Positions 27,008 through 35,809 of a stretch of 43,950 bases of DNA are shown here, piece by piece; position 1 is the first letter of the stretch; every line of letters begins with the position of its first letter. Location: positions 1 through 43,950 of IMG/VR virus record IMGVR_UViG_2778261535_000013; one strand, written 5' to 3'. The translations under genes were made by a program, and so were the position numbers. Origin of the DNA: a virus (lineage: Duplodnaviria > Heunggongvirae > Uroviricota > Caudoviricetes). Under the pieces are notes generated by a model. The model did not search any database, was not told the DNA's origin, and was given only the letters and a program-made list of their open reading frames with translations.

Positions 27008-27374
27008 CCCGCAGGCGGGAGAACAGGCCGGACACCAGCGATGTAATATCCTGCTGGTGGATGAACGAGAGAATCTTCACCGACACCACTGACACCAGCA
27101 CTGCACACAGTGCGTCGACGGGTGCACCGTCAAACTCTGTATGCTTTACCAGCCAGGATGCCAGAACCTCTGCGCCCAGCACGCCGATAATGAACGACAC
27201 CAGAAAATGCGCCGCCACACGCCAGGCTGAAAGCGCCTGCGGCATCGTTGCCACAAATAACGCCCCGGCGAACGCACCAAACACAATCCCGAAATCCGTT
27301 CCGGTAAACAGCCCGAATACCGTCGCTCCACCGAGCGCCGCAGCCGTGCCGGAACCGGATAAGGGTTCAGACAT
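26982..27374 (-). CDS. holin-like membrane protein
   Basis: likely start MSEPLSGSG… at 27374 with CAGGAG RBS; multiple hydrophobic segments; directly upstream of the endolysin. Confidence 0.5.
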   Translation of the reverse strand: MSEPLSGSGTAAALGGATVFGLFTGTDFGIVFGAFAGALFVATMPQALSAWRVAAHFLVSFIIGVLGAEVLASWLVKHTEFDGAPVDALCAVLVSVVSVKILSFIHQQDITSLVSGLFSRLRGGGGGNVK

Positions 27375-27462
27375 ACTTTTTCTCCTGTAAATAAAAAAGG
27401 GCCACCAGCGACCCATAAAAAACACCCCGTCAAAGGCACCCGCAGATGCCTTTTGTGTGGTG

Positions 27463-27615
27463 TTATTCAGATTTACGCAGTAAAGGCCGGAGCACGACCA
27501 GCGCCATCGCCACCAGCACACCATCTGCCAGCACCGACATCAGTCGTCCGGTGAAATCCACCACCACTACCAGAAACAGCAGGATGGCAGCCAGTACAGG
27601 GCGCGCACTTTTCAC
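27463..27615 (-). CDS. small membrane protein (50 aa, GTG start), low confidence
   Basis: GTG overlapping the stop of the upstream ORF (CTGTGA); hydrophobic; not in the ORF track because it is short. Confidence 0.25.
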   Translation of the reverse strand: MKSARPVLAAILLFLVVVVDFTGRLMSVLADGVLVAMALVVLRPLLRKSE

Positions 27616-28037
27616 AGATACTGCTCCAGCGGCAACTGCAGCGCCTGCGCAATTTTCTTGAGCTGTGCTTCTTCATCCGGACCAATGCCGTCCTGGTCAG
27701 CGATATCCAGACACAGGCACAGCACATCAACCGCTTCGGCGGTTCCTGCCACATCAGCCAGTTCACGCAAAGCCTGAGCATTCGCACTACGAGGTGACGC
27801 TTCATAACGGGCGCGGATATTTGCACTCATTTGTGCAATCTCACCGGAGAACGGCGCAAAGGCAGGAAGTGCTGCAATGGTTTTTTCCAGTACCGCAATT
27901 TCTTTCGCGTCACAGGTGCCGTCAGCGTATGCAATGGAATACGCACCCCAGACGGTTGCCTCCACTGCGTCGCGGTTCTCCATCTTCTTCACTTCGGTAA
28001 TGGCCTTGCGGGTTTTCTTTTTGAAAATACCAAACAT
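27612..28037 (-). CDS. TerB-like domain protein
   Basis: 141 aa; sequence pattern …YADGTCDAKEIAVLEKTIAAL… and …DIADQDGIGPDEEAQLKKIA… resembles TerB-family repeats; first gene of the lysis cassette. Confidence 0.45.
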   Translation of the reverse strand: MFGIFKKKTRKAITEVKKMENRDAVEATVWGAYSIAYADGTCDAKEIAVLEKTIAALPAFAPFSGEIAQMSANIRARYEASPRSANAQALRELADVAGTAEAVDVLCLCLDIADQDGIGPDEEAQLKKIAQALQLPLEQYL

Positions 28038-28354
28038 CGTGACGTTTCCTTTTAGTGGGTGAGCCTCCGCCCTGGGGTGACCAGCCCACAGAGAAAGTCA
28101 CACTGACCATCCCGTAAGCTCACCCCTGAAAGGCTCTGTGGTTTTTGATGTGCGCCGGGCGTGACGCAAAGAAATGAAATAAGAATTACCTGAAATTAAG
28201 GTTAATCTGAGGATTTAAACCATTTTTAATGCTTAGTAATATAAATACGTCTCTCTGGAGGAGAGAGATGCTTATTCTTCTTCATGGACTTTGTCCCGCG
28301 GCTTTAATCCGACAGCCGCGCCCTTTTTTCGCCAATATAAACCGGGTTGAACTC

Positions 28355-28379
28355 ATACAAAAAGCTCGCCGAAGCGAGC
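28355..28379 (-). terminator. intrinsic terminator downstream of tRNA-like gene 1
   Basis: minus-strand stem GCTCGC/GCGAGC with loop TTCG, followed by TTTTTGT. Confidence 0.45.
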
Positions 28380-28407
28380 CTGTTAAAAGTATATTTACCG
28401 TTACAAA

Positions 28408-28490
28408 TGGACCGTCACCGGGGACTCGAACCCCGCACCACAAAACAACAATACGTGTTATGCACTCTTACCCGATGAGTTAGTGACGGT
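28408..28490 (-). tRNA. tRNA-like gene with non-canonical anticodon arm (possible GUA anticodon), may be a pseudo-tRNA
   Basis: perfect acceptor stem CCGTCAC/GTGACGG, T-arm CGGGG-TTCGAGT-CCCCG and CCA end, but the anticodon arm only folds as ATAAC-ACGTATT-GTTGT with C at position 33. Confidence 0.45.
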
Positions 28491-28745
28491 TTTTTGTTCT
28501 GTGGGAATCCAGCCTGACGACAGAATTACTGGAACACCTTGCAAAAAAAGCCAGCCACCAGAGACTGGCTGGCAAATGACAGAGTTTAAATGATTCATCA
28601 TACAATCGTCGTTACAGGGGAATCCTGCGGTGCAGCAAGATACAGAAATGTAAGCAAACTAACAATAAGCAAGCACAGCATATTCGGAATTAGTTATAAT
28701 TTTAACGATGCAGTGCTTATTCAGCATGCAATTCTGCAAATTACC

Positions 28746-28771
28746 AAAAAAAAACCGCCTGCTAAGGCGGT
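28746..28771 (-). terminator. intrinsic terminator downstream of the tRNA cluster
   Basis: minus-strand stem ACCGCC/GGCGGT followed by a long T-run. Confidence 0.5.
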
Positions 28772-29135
28772 GGTCAAATCAGTAAGTGCTGAAGAGTATT
28801 ATTATAATACAAGTGAGGTGTCGGGTGCCTCCCGAAATACCTGACATTCCATCAGATACTGTAGTTTCCCGGCTAAACTACTTAAACCACCCCGCACATG
28901 GAGTTCACCTCATTTTGTGATGTTAACAACATCGGGATAGTGCATAATCAGCCCCTGCCAGGAAATATCAAAAATCCCACCAATAATGCACTATTCCGAT
29001 AGCGTCAAAAAACACAGCACCGAAATCATAACTGGTCTCCGTTATAATTCGGGAGCGCGATAAGGGATATACGAGACCTTTTCCCGCGAGAAAAAAAACG
29101 CCAGTGCTGAAAAACCTGTACCTCATTTGTTTTGC

Positions 29136-29210
<75 letters not shown>

Positions 29211-29213
29211 ATA

Positions 29214-29289
<76 letters not shown>

Positions 29290-29291
29290 AC

Positions 29292-29369
29292 TGGACCGCC
29301 ACCGGGGACTCGAACCTCGCACACTCAACTTAAAGGGTTGACGCTCTTTCCTGATGAGCTAGTGGCGGT
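29292..29369 (-). tRNA. tRNA-like gene, possible UUU (Lys) anticodon with C at position 33
   Basis: folds as CCGCCAC-TA-GCTC…GAGC-G-TCAAC-CCTTTAA-GTTGA-GTGTG-CGAGG-TTCGAGT-CCCCG-GTGGCGG-T-CCA with one T-stem mismatch; abuts the next tRNA with no spacer. Confidence 0.5.
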
Positions 29370-29445
29370 TGGTGGCCCTTGCTGGATTTGAACCAGCGAC
29401 CTGGCGATTATGAGTCGCTCGCTCTCACCACTGAGCTAAAGGGCC
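29370..29445 (-). tRNA. tRNA with CAU anticodon (Ile2/lysidine type or elongator Met)
   Basis: 76 nt GGCCCTTTAGCTCAGTGGTGAGAGCGAGCGACTCATAATCGC…GGGCCACCA; resembles E. coli ileX-type tRNA as recalled. Confidence 0.85.
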
Positions 29446-29564
29446 GGGCGCAGGATAATAACGTTACAAAATCAATGTTGCAAGCATTCAAAAATCACCT
29501 GGTTAAAAATCCCCCTTACTTCCTCCACCAGCGCATTCACCATGTCTATCCGAGATAAGTGGCA

Positions 29565-29594
29565 CAAAAAACCCGCATTTCGGCGGGTTTTGTT
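29565..29594. terminator. bidirectional intrinsic terminator (tR'-like) between the Q-like gene and the tRNA cluster
   Basis: stem CCCGC/GCGGG with 6-nt loop flanked by an A-run and a T-run. Confidence 0.5.
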
Positions 29595-29654
29595 TGCTTT
29601 TGCCATCACGTACAAAATCGGCAAAATATCAGATTTGCATGAAATATATGCCTT

Positions 29655-30350
29655 TCAATCTACTTTTGCAACACTTTGCTTTGAAAATGCCGCCTTTTGT
29701 TTTGAACGCGTTCTCATTACAAACAATAAAGCCCCACTATCCAGTCGGTAAAAAATGTGTTTCATTGCAACCCAGTGACGAGTAAATGTTTTGGACCAGT
29801 TTTTAGTTGTCACTCCCGCCAGTAATGCCAGCTCCTGGTATTCATAACCTTCCCCACCAAAAAGTTCTGCTTTTACTGCCTGCGCCGCCAGCCAGATTAA
29901 TTTTTTCAGGCGTTCCTGCGTTTTCCCTGCAATTTTTCTGGTACCGGATTGAGTATTAAATTCATTCCACGCCCACTGTGTTATCGCGATCTGATATTCC
30001 CAACAAATACTCCCGCTGTAACACCACAACAACCAGGCTTTATGATGTTCTTCAAGAGACAGAACAGCCCGCCGCCACGATGATGTCGAAAACTCAACCG
30101 GACTGACCAGAGGAATTGACGTCCCCTTCGCCAGCGATTGCTTTCCCGGAATTGGTGGATTATCCCGCGTTATCATTTTTCCAGTCACTTCATCGCGGTA
30201 CCGGATTTTTTTTCGCCTGTAACGCCCTGTATCGAACATGGCATTCTCTTGCCAGGCTTCAAGCTGACCTTTTGTTGCCCCACTCAAATCAGCGGTGGCG
30301 ATAATGAGCTGCTCACGCACAAACTGTAAATACTGGTTATTCATGCGCAC
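29655..30350 (-). CDS. putative late-gene antiterminator (Q-like), assigned by position
   Basis: 231 aa ORF immediately upstream of the tR'-like terminator, tRNA cluster and lysis genes, and downstream of RusA, as for Q in lambdoid phages; no motif-level confirmation. Confidence 0.4.
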   Translation of the reverse strand: MRMNNQYLQFVREQLIIATADLSGATKGQLEAWQENAMFDTGRYRRKKIRYRDEVTGKMITRDNPPIPGKQSLAKGTSIPLVSPVEFSTSSWRRAVLSLEEHHKAWLLWCYSGSICWEYQIAITQWAWNEFNTQSGTRKIAGKTQERLKKLIWLAAQAVKAELFGGEGYEYQELALLAGVTTKNWSKTFTRHWVAMKHIFYRLDSGALLFVMRTRSKQKAAFSKQSVAKVD

Positions 30351-30706
30351 TCCAGTTCTGTGATTTTTATCCCCAGCCGCCCACCAGGAACGAGCTGACC
30401 GCGCACAATATTGATTTCATCAAACTGCTCGTCGTCTATAAGTAGTCCGGCATGCGTCAGCGCATCCAGTGGTGCCTTCAGGATATTGTCCAGGTCGCGG
30501 CGGCGCTTATCCGGTGGCTCTGCAATAATCTTTATCGCCAGCCTTCCGGACAGGCTTAATTTCAGCCGCTGCTGGCGAACAATTAGCGCCACATCACGGC
30601 GATAACGCTTTCCGGCTTCCGAGATGAAATACGTATTGCCATGACGTCGCCAGTAGGTATTCACCGTCGGCGGGTAAGGCAAAACAAATTCTATGCGTTC
30701 AGTCAT
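30341..30706 (-). CDS. rusA: Holliday junction resolvase RusA
   Basis: 121 aa; …LPYPPTVNTYWRRHGN…PDKRRRDLDNILKAPLDALTHAG… matches RusA closely. Confidence 0.85.
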   Translation of the reverse strand: MTERIEFVLPYPPTVNTYWRRHGNTYFISEAGKRYRRDVALIVRQQRLKLSLSGRLAIKIIAEPPDKRRRDLDNILKAPLDALTHAGLLIDDEQFDEINIVRGQLVPGGRLGIKITELECA

Positions 30707-31765
30707 TCATGCTTTCCACTTCAGGACACCCGAATTTCTCGCGTGCATTAAAAAACGAATCAGCAACAACAGCTGGCTGCCGTGTTTTTCTTCAAAATCT
30801 TTTACCCCGGCGTGCAGTTCGTTATGACATTTACGGCACAGCGGAATAACAAACAAATCATCAGCCTTTGTTCCCATCCCTCCCAGTCCATGACCAATGA
30901 TGTGATGCGGATCATCTGCCTGATTACCGCACGTCATGCATTTCTGCGTTTTTACCCAGCGCGTGTATACAGGCATCTCTTCCCGTTGTGGTTTCTGGCG
31001 CTGGAGATACTGAGCCGGAGACTCCGGATCAACGGCGATGCTTACTAACGTCTTTTCCTGGAGTGGGGGCTGTTGCTGGTGGACGTGAAGTGGCAGCGCA
31101 ATATTTTTTGTGCGCTGCTTCAGTATGCTGGTGGCAGTCTGTTCTCCCGGTACGATGTCACTCTCACGGTATACGGAGCGGATTTTTTCCACCGGTAATC
31201 CCAGTGAACGACACAATACAGACTCCGGAAGCGCATCAGCCACCTGATTGCAGACCGCCCACCAGGATAATTCGGCCAGCGATAACTCCCTCTCCTGCGT
31301 ACCGCTGATTGCGTGACGGATGACGTCAATCATCCATGCTGACAAGTTTTGGTGAGCAAGTTGCTCAAGTGATTCTGAGGTCTGGTCACGCAACTGGTTG
31401 TCGCAGTGCCAGCACAACACCATTGCGCCGGTACCATAACGGTGAATGACGGTTTCACTGTGGTGATAATCACCGTGTGGCCACTGGCAGGATTTAATAT
31501 GGCGCAACAGCCAGTCAGACAGTGCACCAGCGCCGCCAGCAGCACGAATCACACGCTCATTGCTGAAAAATGGCAGTAATGATTTATCCTCCGCCAGCGG
31601 CTGGCGAACGGCAGGGACGACTCCGGATGGCAGGCCGCACATGCTTTTCGGTTCCGGCTCCACCAGCACTCGAGGATTATGAAATATCTGTATGGATTCA
31701 CGGCCCGGCTTAAGGACCACCAGCCCAAGCTCAGGCACCAGAACAGGTCTAAGTAATACCCGCAC
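30707..31765 (-). CDS. nin-region protein with C-terminal HNH-like zinc-binding motif (DUF968-like)
   Basis: C-terminus …CMTCGNQADDPHHIIGHGLGG…IPLCRKCHNELH…; true start uncertain (ORF track gives 352 aa). Confidence 0.45.
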   Translation of the reverse strand: MRVLLRPVLVPELGLVVLKPGRESIQIFHNPRVLVEPEPKSMCGLPSGVVPAVRQPLAEDKSLLPFFSNERVIRAAGGAGALSDWLLRHIKSCQWPHGDYHHSETVIHRYGTGAMVLCWHCDNQLRDQTSESLEQLAHQNLSAWMIDVIRHAISGTQERELSLAELSWWAVCNQVADALPESVLCRSLGLPVEKIRSVYRESDIVPGEQTATSILKQRTKNIALPLHVHQQQPPLQEKTLVSIAVDPESPAQYLQRQKPQREEMPVYTRWVKTQKCMTCGNQADDPHHIIGHGLGGMGTKADDLFVIPLCRKCHNELHAGVKDFEEKHGSQLLLLIRFLMHARNSGVLKWKA

Positions 31766-31766
31766 G

Positions 31767-32039
31767 TTACCTCCAGATCCGTTGCTGGAAAGTGCGGGAC
31801 GGACGTGGTGGGCGTTCGGAATAAGGCAGCCTGACAGAGATTATCCAGTGCCGATAGTCGAGACTGAGAGCTTTCTTAACCTCGAACCCGCGCCTGCGGT
31901 AAGAATGAATCAGCCATTCGGCCTGTTCTTCAGTACATGGTGGGTGTTGGTACCAGTCGGTTTTAAATGCGTGTGAACGCCGCTCATGCCGGATGGCAAG
32001 GTCGGTATCAGAATTGTGAAATTTGGTTTTGTGCGCCAT
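31767..32039 (-). CDS. hypothetical protein
   Basis: 90 aa ORF with stop adjacent to the downstream gene start; no motif. Confidence 0.3.
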   Translation of the reverse strand: MAHKTKFHNSDTDLAIRHERRSHAFKTDWYQHPPCTEEQAEWLIHSYRRRGFEVKKALSLDYRHWIISVRLPYSERPPRPSRTFQQRIWR

Positions 32040-32206
32040 CTGTTTTCTCTGCTGGCGCAGCAGGTGTCAGGTGTTCAGGCTGACGTGCGAATTGTAAACC
32101 AGAATGCCAGGAAAAAACAAAACCCGCCGAAGCGGGTTAAGTGCGGGTGCGTTGAGGATGCCTGACACATCAGAGGTGGCGAGGGATTTCTCCCTCGCCT
32201 GGTCTC

Positions 32207-32362
32207 TTACTCCTCAGGTTCGTAAGCTGTGAAGACAGCGACCTCCGTCTGGCCGGTTCGGATTCGTACCTCGCAGAGGTCTTTCCTCGTTACCAGTGCC
32301 GTCACTATGACGGTTAAACAGATGACGATCAGGGCGATTAACATCGCCTTTTGCTGCTTCAT
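32207..32362 (-). CDS. hokD: Hok/Gef-family type I toxin
   Basis: 51 aa MKQQKAMLIALIVICLTVIVTALVTRKDLCEVRIRTGQTEVAVFTAYEPEE; matches the Hok/RelF family, essentially identical to hokD as recalled; the ORF track extends 19 codons upstream in frame. Confidence 0.75.
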   Translation of the reverse strand: MKQQKAMLIALIVICLTVIVTALVTRKDLCEVRIRTGQTEVAVFTAYEPEE

Positions 32363-32573
32363 AGCCTGCTTCTCCTTGCCTTTCGGCACGTAAGAGGCTA
32401 ACCTAGATTTGCCGTTCATAGATTGAGCCTCAGATTAATGTTAAGCGTTTTGCAGGACGCGTAATGTTAACTGGGGCTTTTCTCTATCTGCCTTTGGTGT
32501 TCATGCCTGAGACAGATAGCCTCAAGCACCCGCAGCCATTCTACTTAACTCCCGTCACCTGGCCAATATAAAA

Positions 32574-32663
32574 TCAATCAGAAAGGCGATCCATAAGAAC
32601 AACAGCAAGACAATAAATTGCCATTACAGCTGCAATAGCCAGCGCACATTTGAGAACCAGCAC
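32574..32663 (-). CDS. candidate small hydrophobic peptide (29 aa, GTG start)
   Basis: AGGAGG RBS 5 nt upstream of GTG; peptide (M)LVLKCALAIAAVMAIYCLAVVLMDRLSD; below the ORF-track size cutoff. Confidence 0.3.
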   Translation of the reverse strand: MLVLKCALAIAAVMAIYCLAVVLMDRLSD

Positions 32664-32710
32664 GACAACCTCCTGTATTGGACGTACACCAGTCCTGATA
32701 AATATGAGGC

Positions 32711-32731
32711 TATCTCATCATTGATGAGATA
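32711..32731. promoter_or_regulatory. perfect 21-bp palindrome TATCTCATCA-T-TGATGAGATA (candidate operator)
   Basis: direct reading; lies about 40 nt upstream of the small peptide RBS. Confidence 0.4.
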
Positions 32732-32948
32732 CAACTATTGGGTATAGTTTCTGTGATTTTGTTCTGTAGAAATGGAACACAACAACCAGTAACCACCAGC
32801 GATTCTTTAAATACGCCAAATCCGACGCAAGCTAACCTTCTAGTCCGCTTTGGGCGAAGACCGGACGTTCGATAGGTGTGAACTAGTAACTTTAAAAACA
32901 TTTAATTACCAGTAAAAAAACAAGAATATACTATCACTTTTCCAATTT

Positions 32949-33986
32949 TTAATTACCCTTATCAATTTTAAGAAATACATTTCCAATCTCATCAGAATAA
33001 TCCTGTATTATTTTTGAAATGACGGCATGATCAATGGTTGGTTTTAAGAATAAAAGTGTCACAGTAATCTGCATCAAACTAATAGCAGTAGCATGGGCTG
33101 GATCAGCCATTCCTGAATCACTTTGCCCGACCAATAATATATCATCACCAGTTTCACAGAGACCAAGCCTATTTCTCATTGCCTTGGAACCGGTGTGTAC
33201 ATTCTGACTCGCCCACTTATAATAAGGGCGCATGTGTTCTAACTGAACATCTTTCTCAATAGCTCCAAACCCCACTTTATTATGGTTAGGGAAAATATAA
33301 GATGCCCACCCATAATTATCTGCATATTTTTTGCCATATTTTTTTATTAATAGATCAAATTGAACTTTACACTCAGCTATTTCTTCAATAGTTGGACCTT
33401 TTGCTTCTAACCGGTGCTCGTACTTTTTGTGTTCCAACATTCCAGTATATGAATCAACCACTTCATGGTAGTAAAAGCGCTCAGCACACTCTTTTCCATG
33501 CTTTGCTATAAACATAGCTGTGGCCGCTACCTCATGAAGTGCTCGCCATCTCGCTTGGGCAGCATCTGCAAATCCATTCTTTAAGAGACACAAAATTTCG
33601 TTGGCGATGTGGCAAGCTCTTGCGTGATGCCGAACAACTAAATCAAAAACCACATCCTCTTCAGAGGCAGCTTGTGGTCTATAAGAACGATTGAACTCTT
33701 CACCGGACTCCGTGCATATCACTATAAGTGTTTCGAGCAAATCAAAAGCCTCTGCCCATCTTGAAATATTTCTCTCAACAAATTCATCACAAAGAGAACG
33801 ATGTTCTCTAAGCATTGCATTGGCCGAGCCAATAAGAGATTTTTTAACAACAATGGCTATTTTGGGAATTAGGTTATTAATTTCTTTTTCGATATCAGCG
33901 TCACCAGATAAATCAAGTCTCTCTTTTAAAAGGCTGTCTATGTGCTCAAGCAAAATATTATGAAAAGTATCCATGTCATATCTCAA
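32949..33986 (-). CDS. orphan 345-aa protein in an AT-rich block (candidate accessory or defence gene)
   Basis: long uninterrupted ORF in a region visibly more AT-rich than its flanks, bounded by about 200 bp of non-coding DNA on each side; no confident family assignment. Confidence 0.5.
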   Translation of the reverse strand: MRYDMDTFHNILLEHIDSLLKERLDLSGDADIEKEINNLIPKIAIVVKKSLIGSANAMLREHRSLCDEFVERNISRWAEAFDLLETLIVICTESGEEFNRSYRPQAASEEDVVFDLVVRHHARACHIANEILCLLKNGFADAAQARWRALHEVAATAMFIAKHGKECAERFYYHEVVDSYTGMLEHKKYEHRLEAKGPTIEEIAECKVQFDLLIKKYGKKYADNYGWASYIFPNHNKVGFGAIEKDVQLEHMRPYYKWASQNVHTGSKAMRNRLGLCETGDDILLVGQSDSGMADPAHATAISLMQITVTLLFLKPTIDHAVISKIIQDYSDEIGNVFLKIDKGN

Positions 33987-34201
33987 TAAGTTTTAAATCC
34001 ATGTGGCACACCCATAATATAAAAATAAACAGCATGCCAGTCTAAGTCTGGCTATTTGTATATCATATCACCTGAAACATTGACAGATGTAACCCACCAA
34101 AATATTATCAATGACCACTCTTGGCACAAAGCGAACAACCACGCTAGCTCTACCTTGTGCCATGAAAATGTCAATGCATATCTGAACTAATGCCCTTTAA
34201 T

Positions 34202-34627
34202 CTAGTAACGTCTAAAATACCTAACATTTCCCTGATAAAATGCCAGAATGCGCTGCATAACTTCGCTCTTCCGGCACTCGCGACAGATTATGTTTAGACA
34301 ACTATCGTAGCGACGTATTTCTCCGTCAGGTAATGACCAGATAAGGTCCGGATCAACCGCAGATGGTTTCTTCAGCTTTGCCCTTGAGAGCTTTTTACGG
34401 GCATTTTGCCAGTCCTTACGCGCCTGTTCAGACGGGAATAACCCGTAACCAGAGTTGTATACATCGCCGCTGGCAACCAGCTCTCTTGCGAGAACGCTCA
34501 TCAGATATCTTGTCGCACCTGTCTTGACTTCCAGTTGCCGTAACGTCTCACGCCCACTCTGGCGTACGAGTTCAACAACCTGTCCTTTAATTTTTTCCCG
34601 CTCTTCTTGTGTAAAAACTTTTGCCAC
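34202..34627 (-). CDS. hypothetical protein
   Basis: 141 aa ORF downstream of the replication initiator gene; basic with a C-terminal Cys cluster. Confidence 0.4.
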   Translation of the reverse strand: MAKVFTQEEREKIKGQVVELVRQSGRETLRQLEVKTGATRYLMSVLARELVASGDVYNSGYGLFPSEQARKDWQNARKKLSRAKLKKPSAVDPDLIWSLPDGEIRRYDSCLNIICRECRKSEVMQRILAFYQGNVRYFRRY

Positions 34628-34667
34628 AAGCCCTCCTGAAAATTACCTCATGACCAGAAATTAACAC

Positions 34668-35744
34668 TTACCCCCTGAAGCCCGGCGGAATTTCGTTATC
34701 CGGTTCAGAAATATGATTCACACAACGCTGGTTGTTCGTGCCGCTTACCGGGAGCAACCAGGGGTTCTCAAAATTCCGGTCCGGTCCAAAAAACGTCGTC
34801 GCTCGCTGAACAAATTCCGTTCCCGTTTTCCCGGTAGCCGCCAGGTATCTTGCGTAACGCCTCACGCCATCCAGCATGGCCTCTGGTGGCACCCCCTCGC
34901 GTAATCTGGCCTTCCAGGCACTGAAAGCTGATTTCTTCGGGTTTGCTCCGGCACGCAACGGGTACTCCCGCCAGACCTGTTCGAACACATCCGGATAATC
35001 CACTCGTCCCACAGACTGCCCGGTGTTTTCCGGGACTACCCGATCGGCTTCCCGCTGAATGGCGGAATCGGCTTCGGGCTGCTGCAGTTGGTGTGATTGC
35101 TCCAGCCTTGCGGTCATCACCTGCTGCACAGCGCCCGAATCGGCTTTCAGCGCATACGCTGAATCGGCTTCCGGTGTCGTGCCTGCTGGCTGACCAAGAT
35201 TGACGGTCTGAACATCCCCTGCCTGGTTCGTGGCGTTTTTTACGCCATGGACCATAGTGTTTTGATCTTCTTGATCTGTATCTTTATCTGTATCTTTATC
35301 TGTCGTGACTCGTCGTGACATGTGCGTGACATTTCGTGACGCGCCGTGACAATCGCCATTTTGTTCCCGCTTTCTTTCCCTCTCTCGCTGCGCCCTCTTG
35401 CGCTCTGCAGGAGATTTTGCGGTTTGCGAAATATTGCCGTTGTCCTCTTTAAGCACCTGGCGTTTTTCCCATCCAGTGATTAAATCACCATCAAGTACCC
35501 GCCCCTGCATCGTCTGCAAAATTGAATCAATTACCTCTTCTGTCACGTCGAGCGCACTTGCCAAATCTTCTGTCGTGACATCAATGTGACCTCGCGTGAC
35601 ATTTCGTGACGCGCTCACCAGGAGGTGGATATACACTGCCATCACTGTTGCAATTGGCTGCCCTGACACCCTGGCAATTGTTCGCCACTTAGGGTCATTT
35701 GGCATGTCATGCCATAATCTGAGCCAGGCGTTAGCCATACTCAC
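34668..35744 (-). CDS. replication initiator (lambda O-like role) containing internal iterons
   Basis: 358 aa; two arrays of CGTGAC repeats inside the coding sequence; C-terminal …FEQVWREYPLRAGANPKKSAFSAWKARL… motif seen in phage replication proteins. Confidence 0.55.
   Translation of the reverse strand: MSMANAWLRLWHDMPNDPKWRTIARVSGQPIATVMAVYIHLLVSASRNVTRGHIDVTTEDLASALDVTEEVIDSILQTMQGRVLDGDLITGWEKRQVLKEDNGNISQTAKSPAERKRAQRERERKREQNGDCHGASRNVTHMSRRVTTDKDTDKDTDQEDQNTMVHGVKNATNQAGDVQTVNLGQPAGTTPEADSAYALKADSGAVQQVMTARLEQSHQLQQPEADSAIQREADRVVPENTGQSVGRVDYPDVFEQVWREYPLRAGANPKKSAFSAWKARLREGVPPEAMLDGVRRYARYLAATGKTGTEFVQRATTFFGPDRNFENPWLLPVSGTNNQRCVNHISEPDNEIPPGFRG
35303..35349. repeat. iteron array 1: five CGTGAC copies at about 10-11 bp spacing
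   Basis: direct reading, inside the replication gene. Confidence 0.55.
35543..35610. repeat. iteron array 2: four (C)GTGAC copies plus one inverted copy
   Basis: direct reading, about 230 bp from array 1, inside the replication gene. Confidence 0.5.
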
Positions 35745-35809
35745 CTCTTCTGATACCGAATCTTTTTACTCACGAGTTGCCGGAAGCGATTCGATATGGC
35801 TATTGTCAG

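Noticed and set aside
27473-27826. 117-aa minus-strand ORF overlapping the TerB-like gene
   Set aside because: Different frame overlapping a better-supported ORF; Cys/Arg-rich translation.
28500-29135. Possible toxin cargo (for example Shiga toxin genes) between the tRNA cluster and the lysis genes
   Set aside because: Although Q, tRNAs and lysis genes are arranged as in Stx phages, the 640-bp interval contains only short implausible ORFs and a terminator.
32420-32700. relBE-type toxin-antitoxin pair upstream of hok, as in E. coli K-12 Qin
   Set aside because: No ORFs of suitable size or motif are present; the region holds only the structured hok leader and the small hydrophobic ORF.
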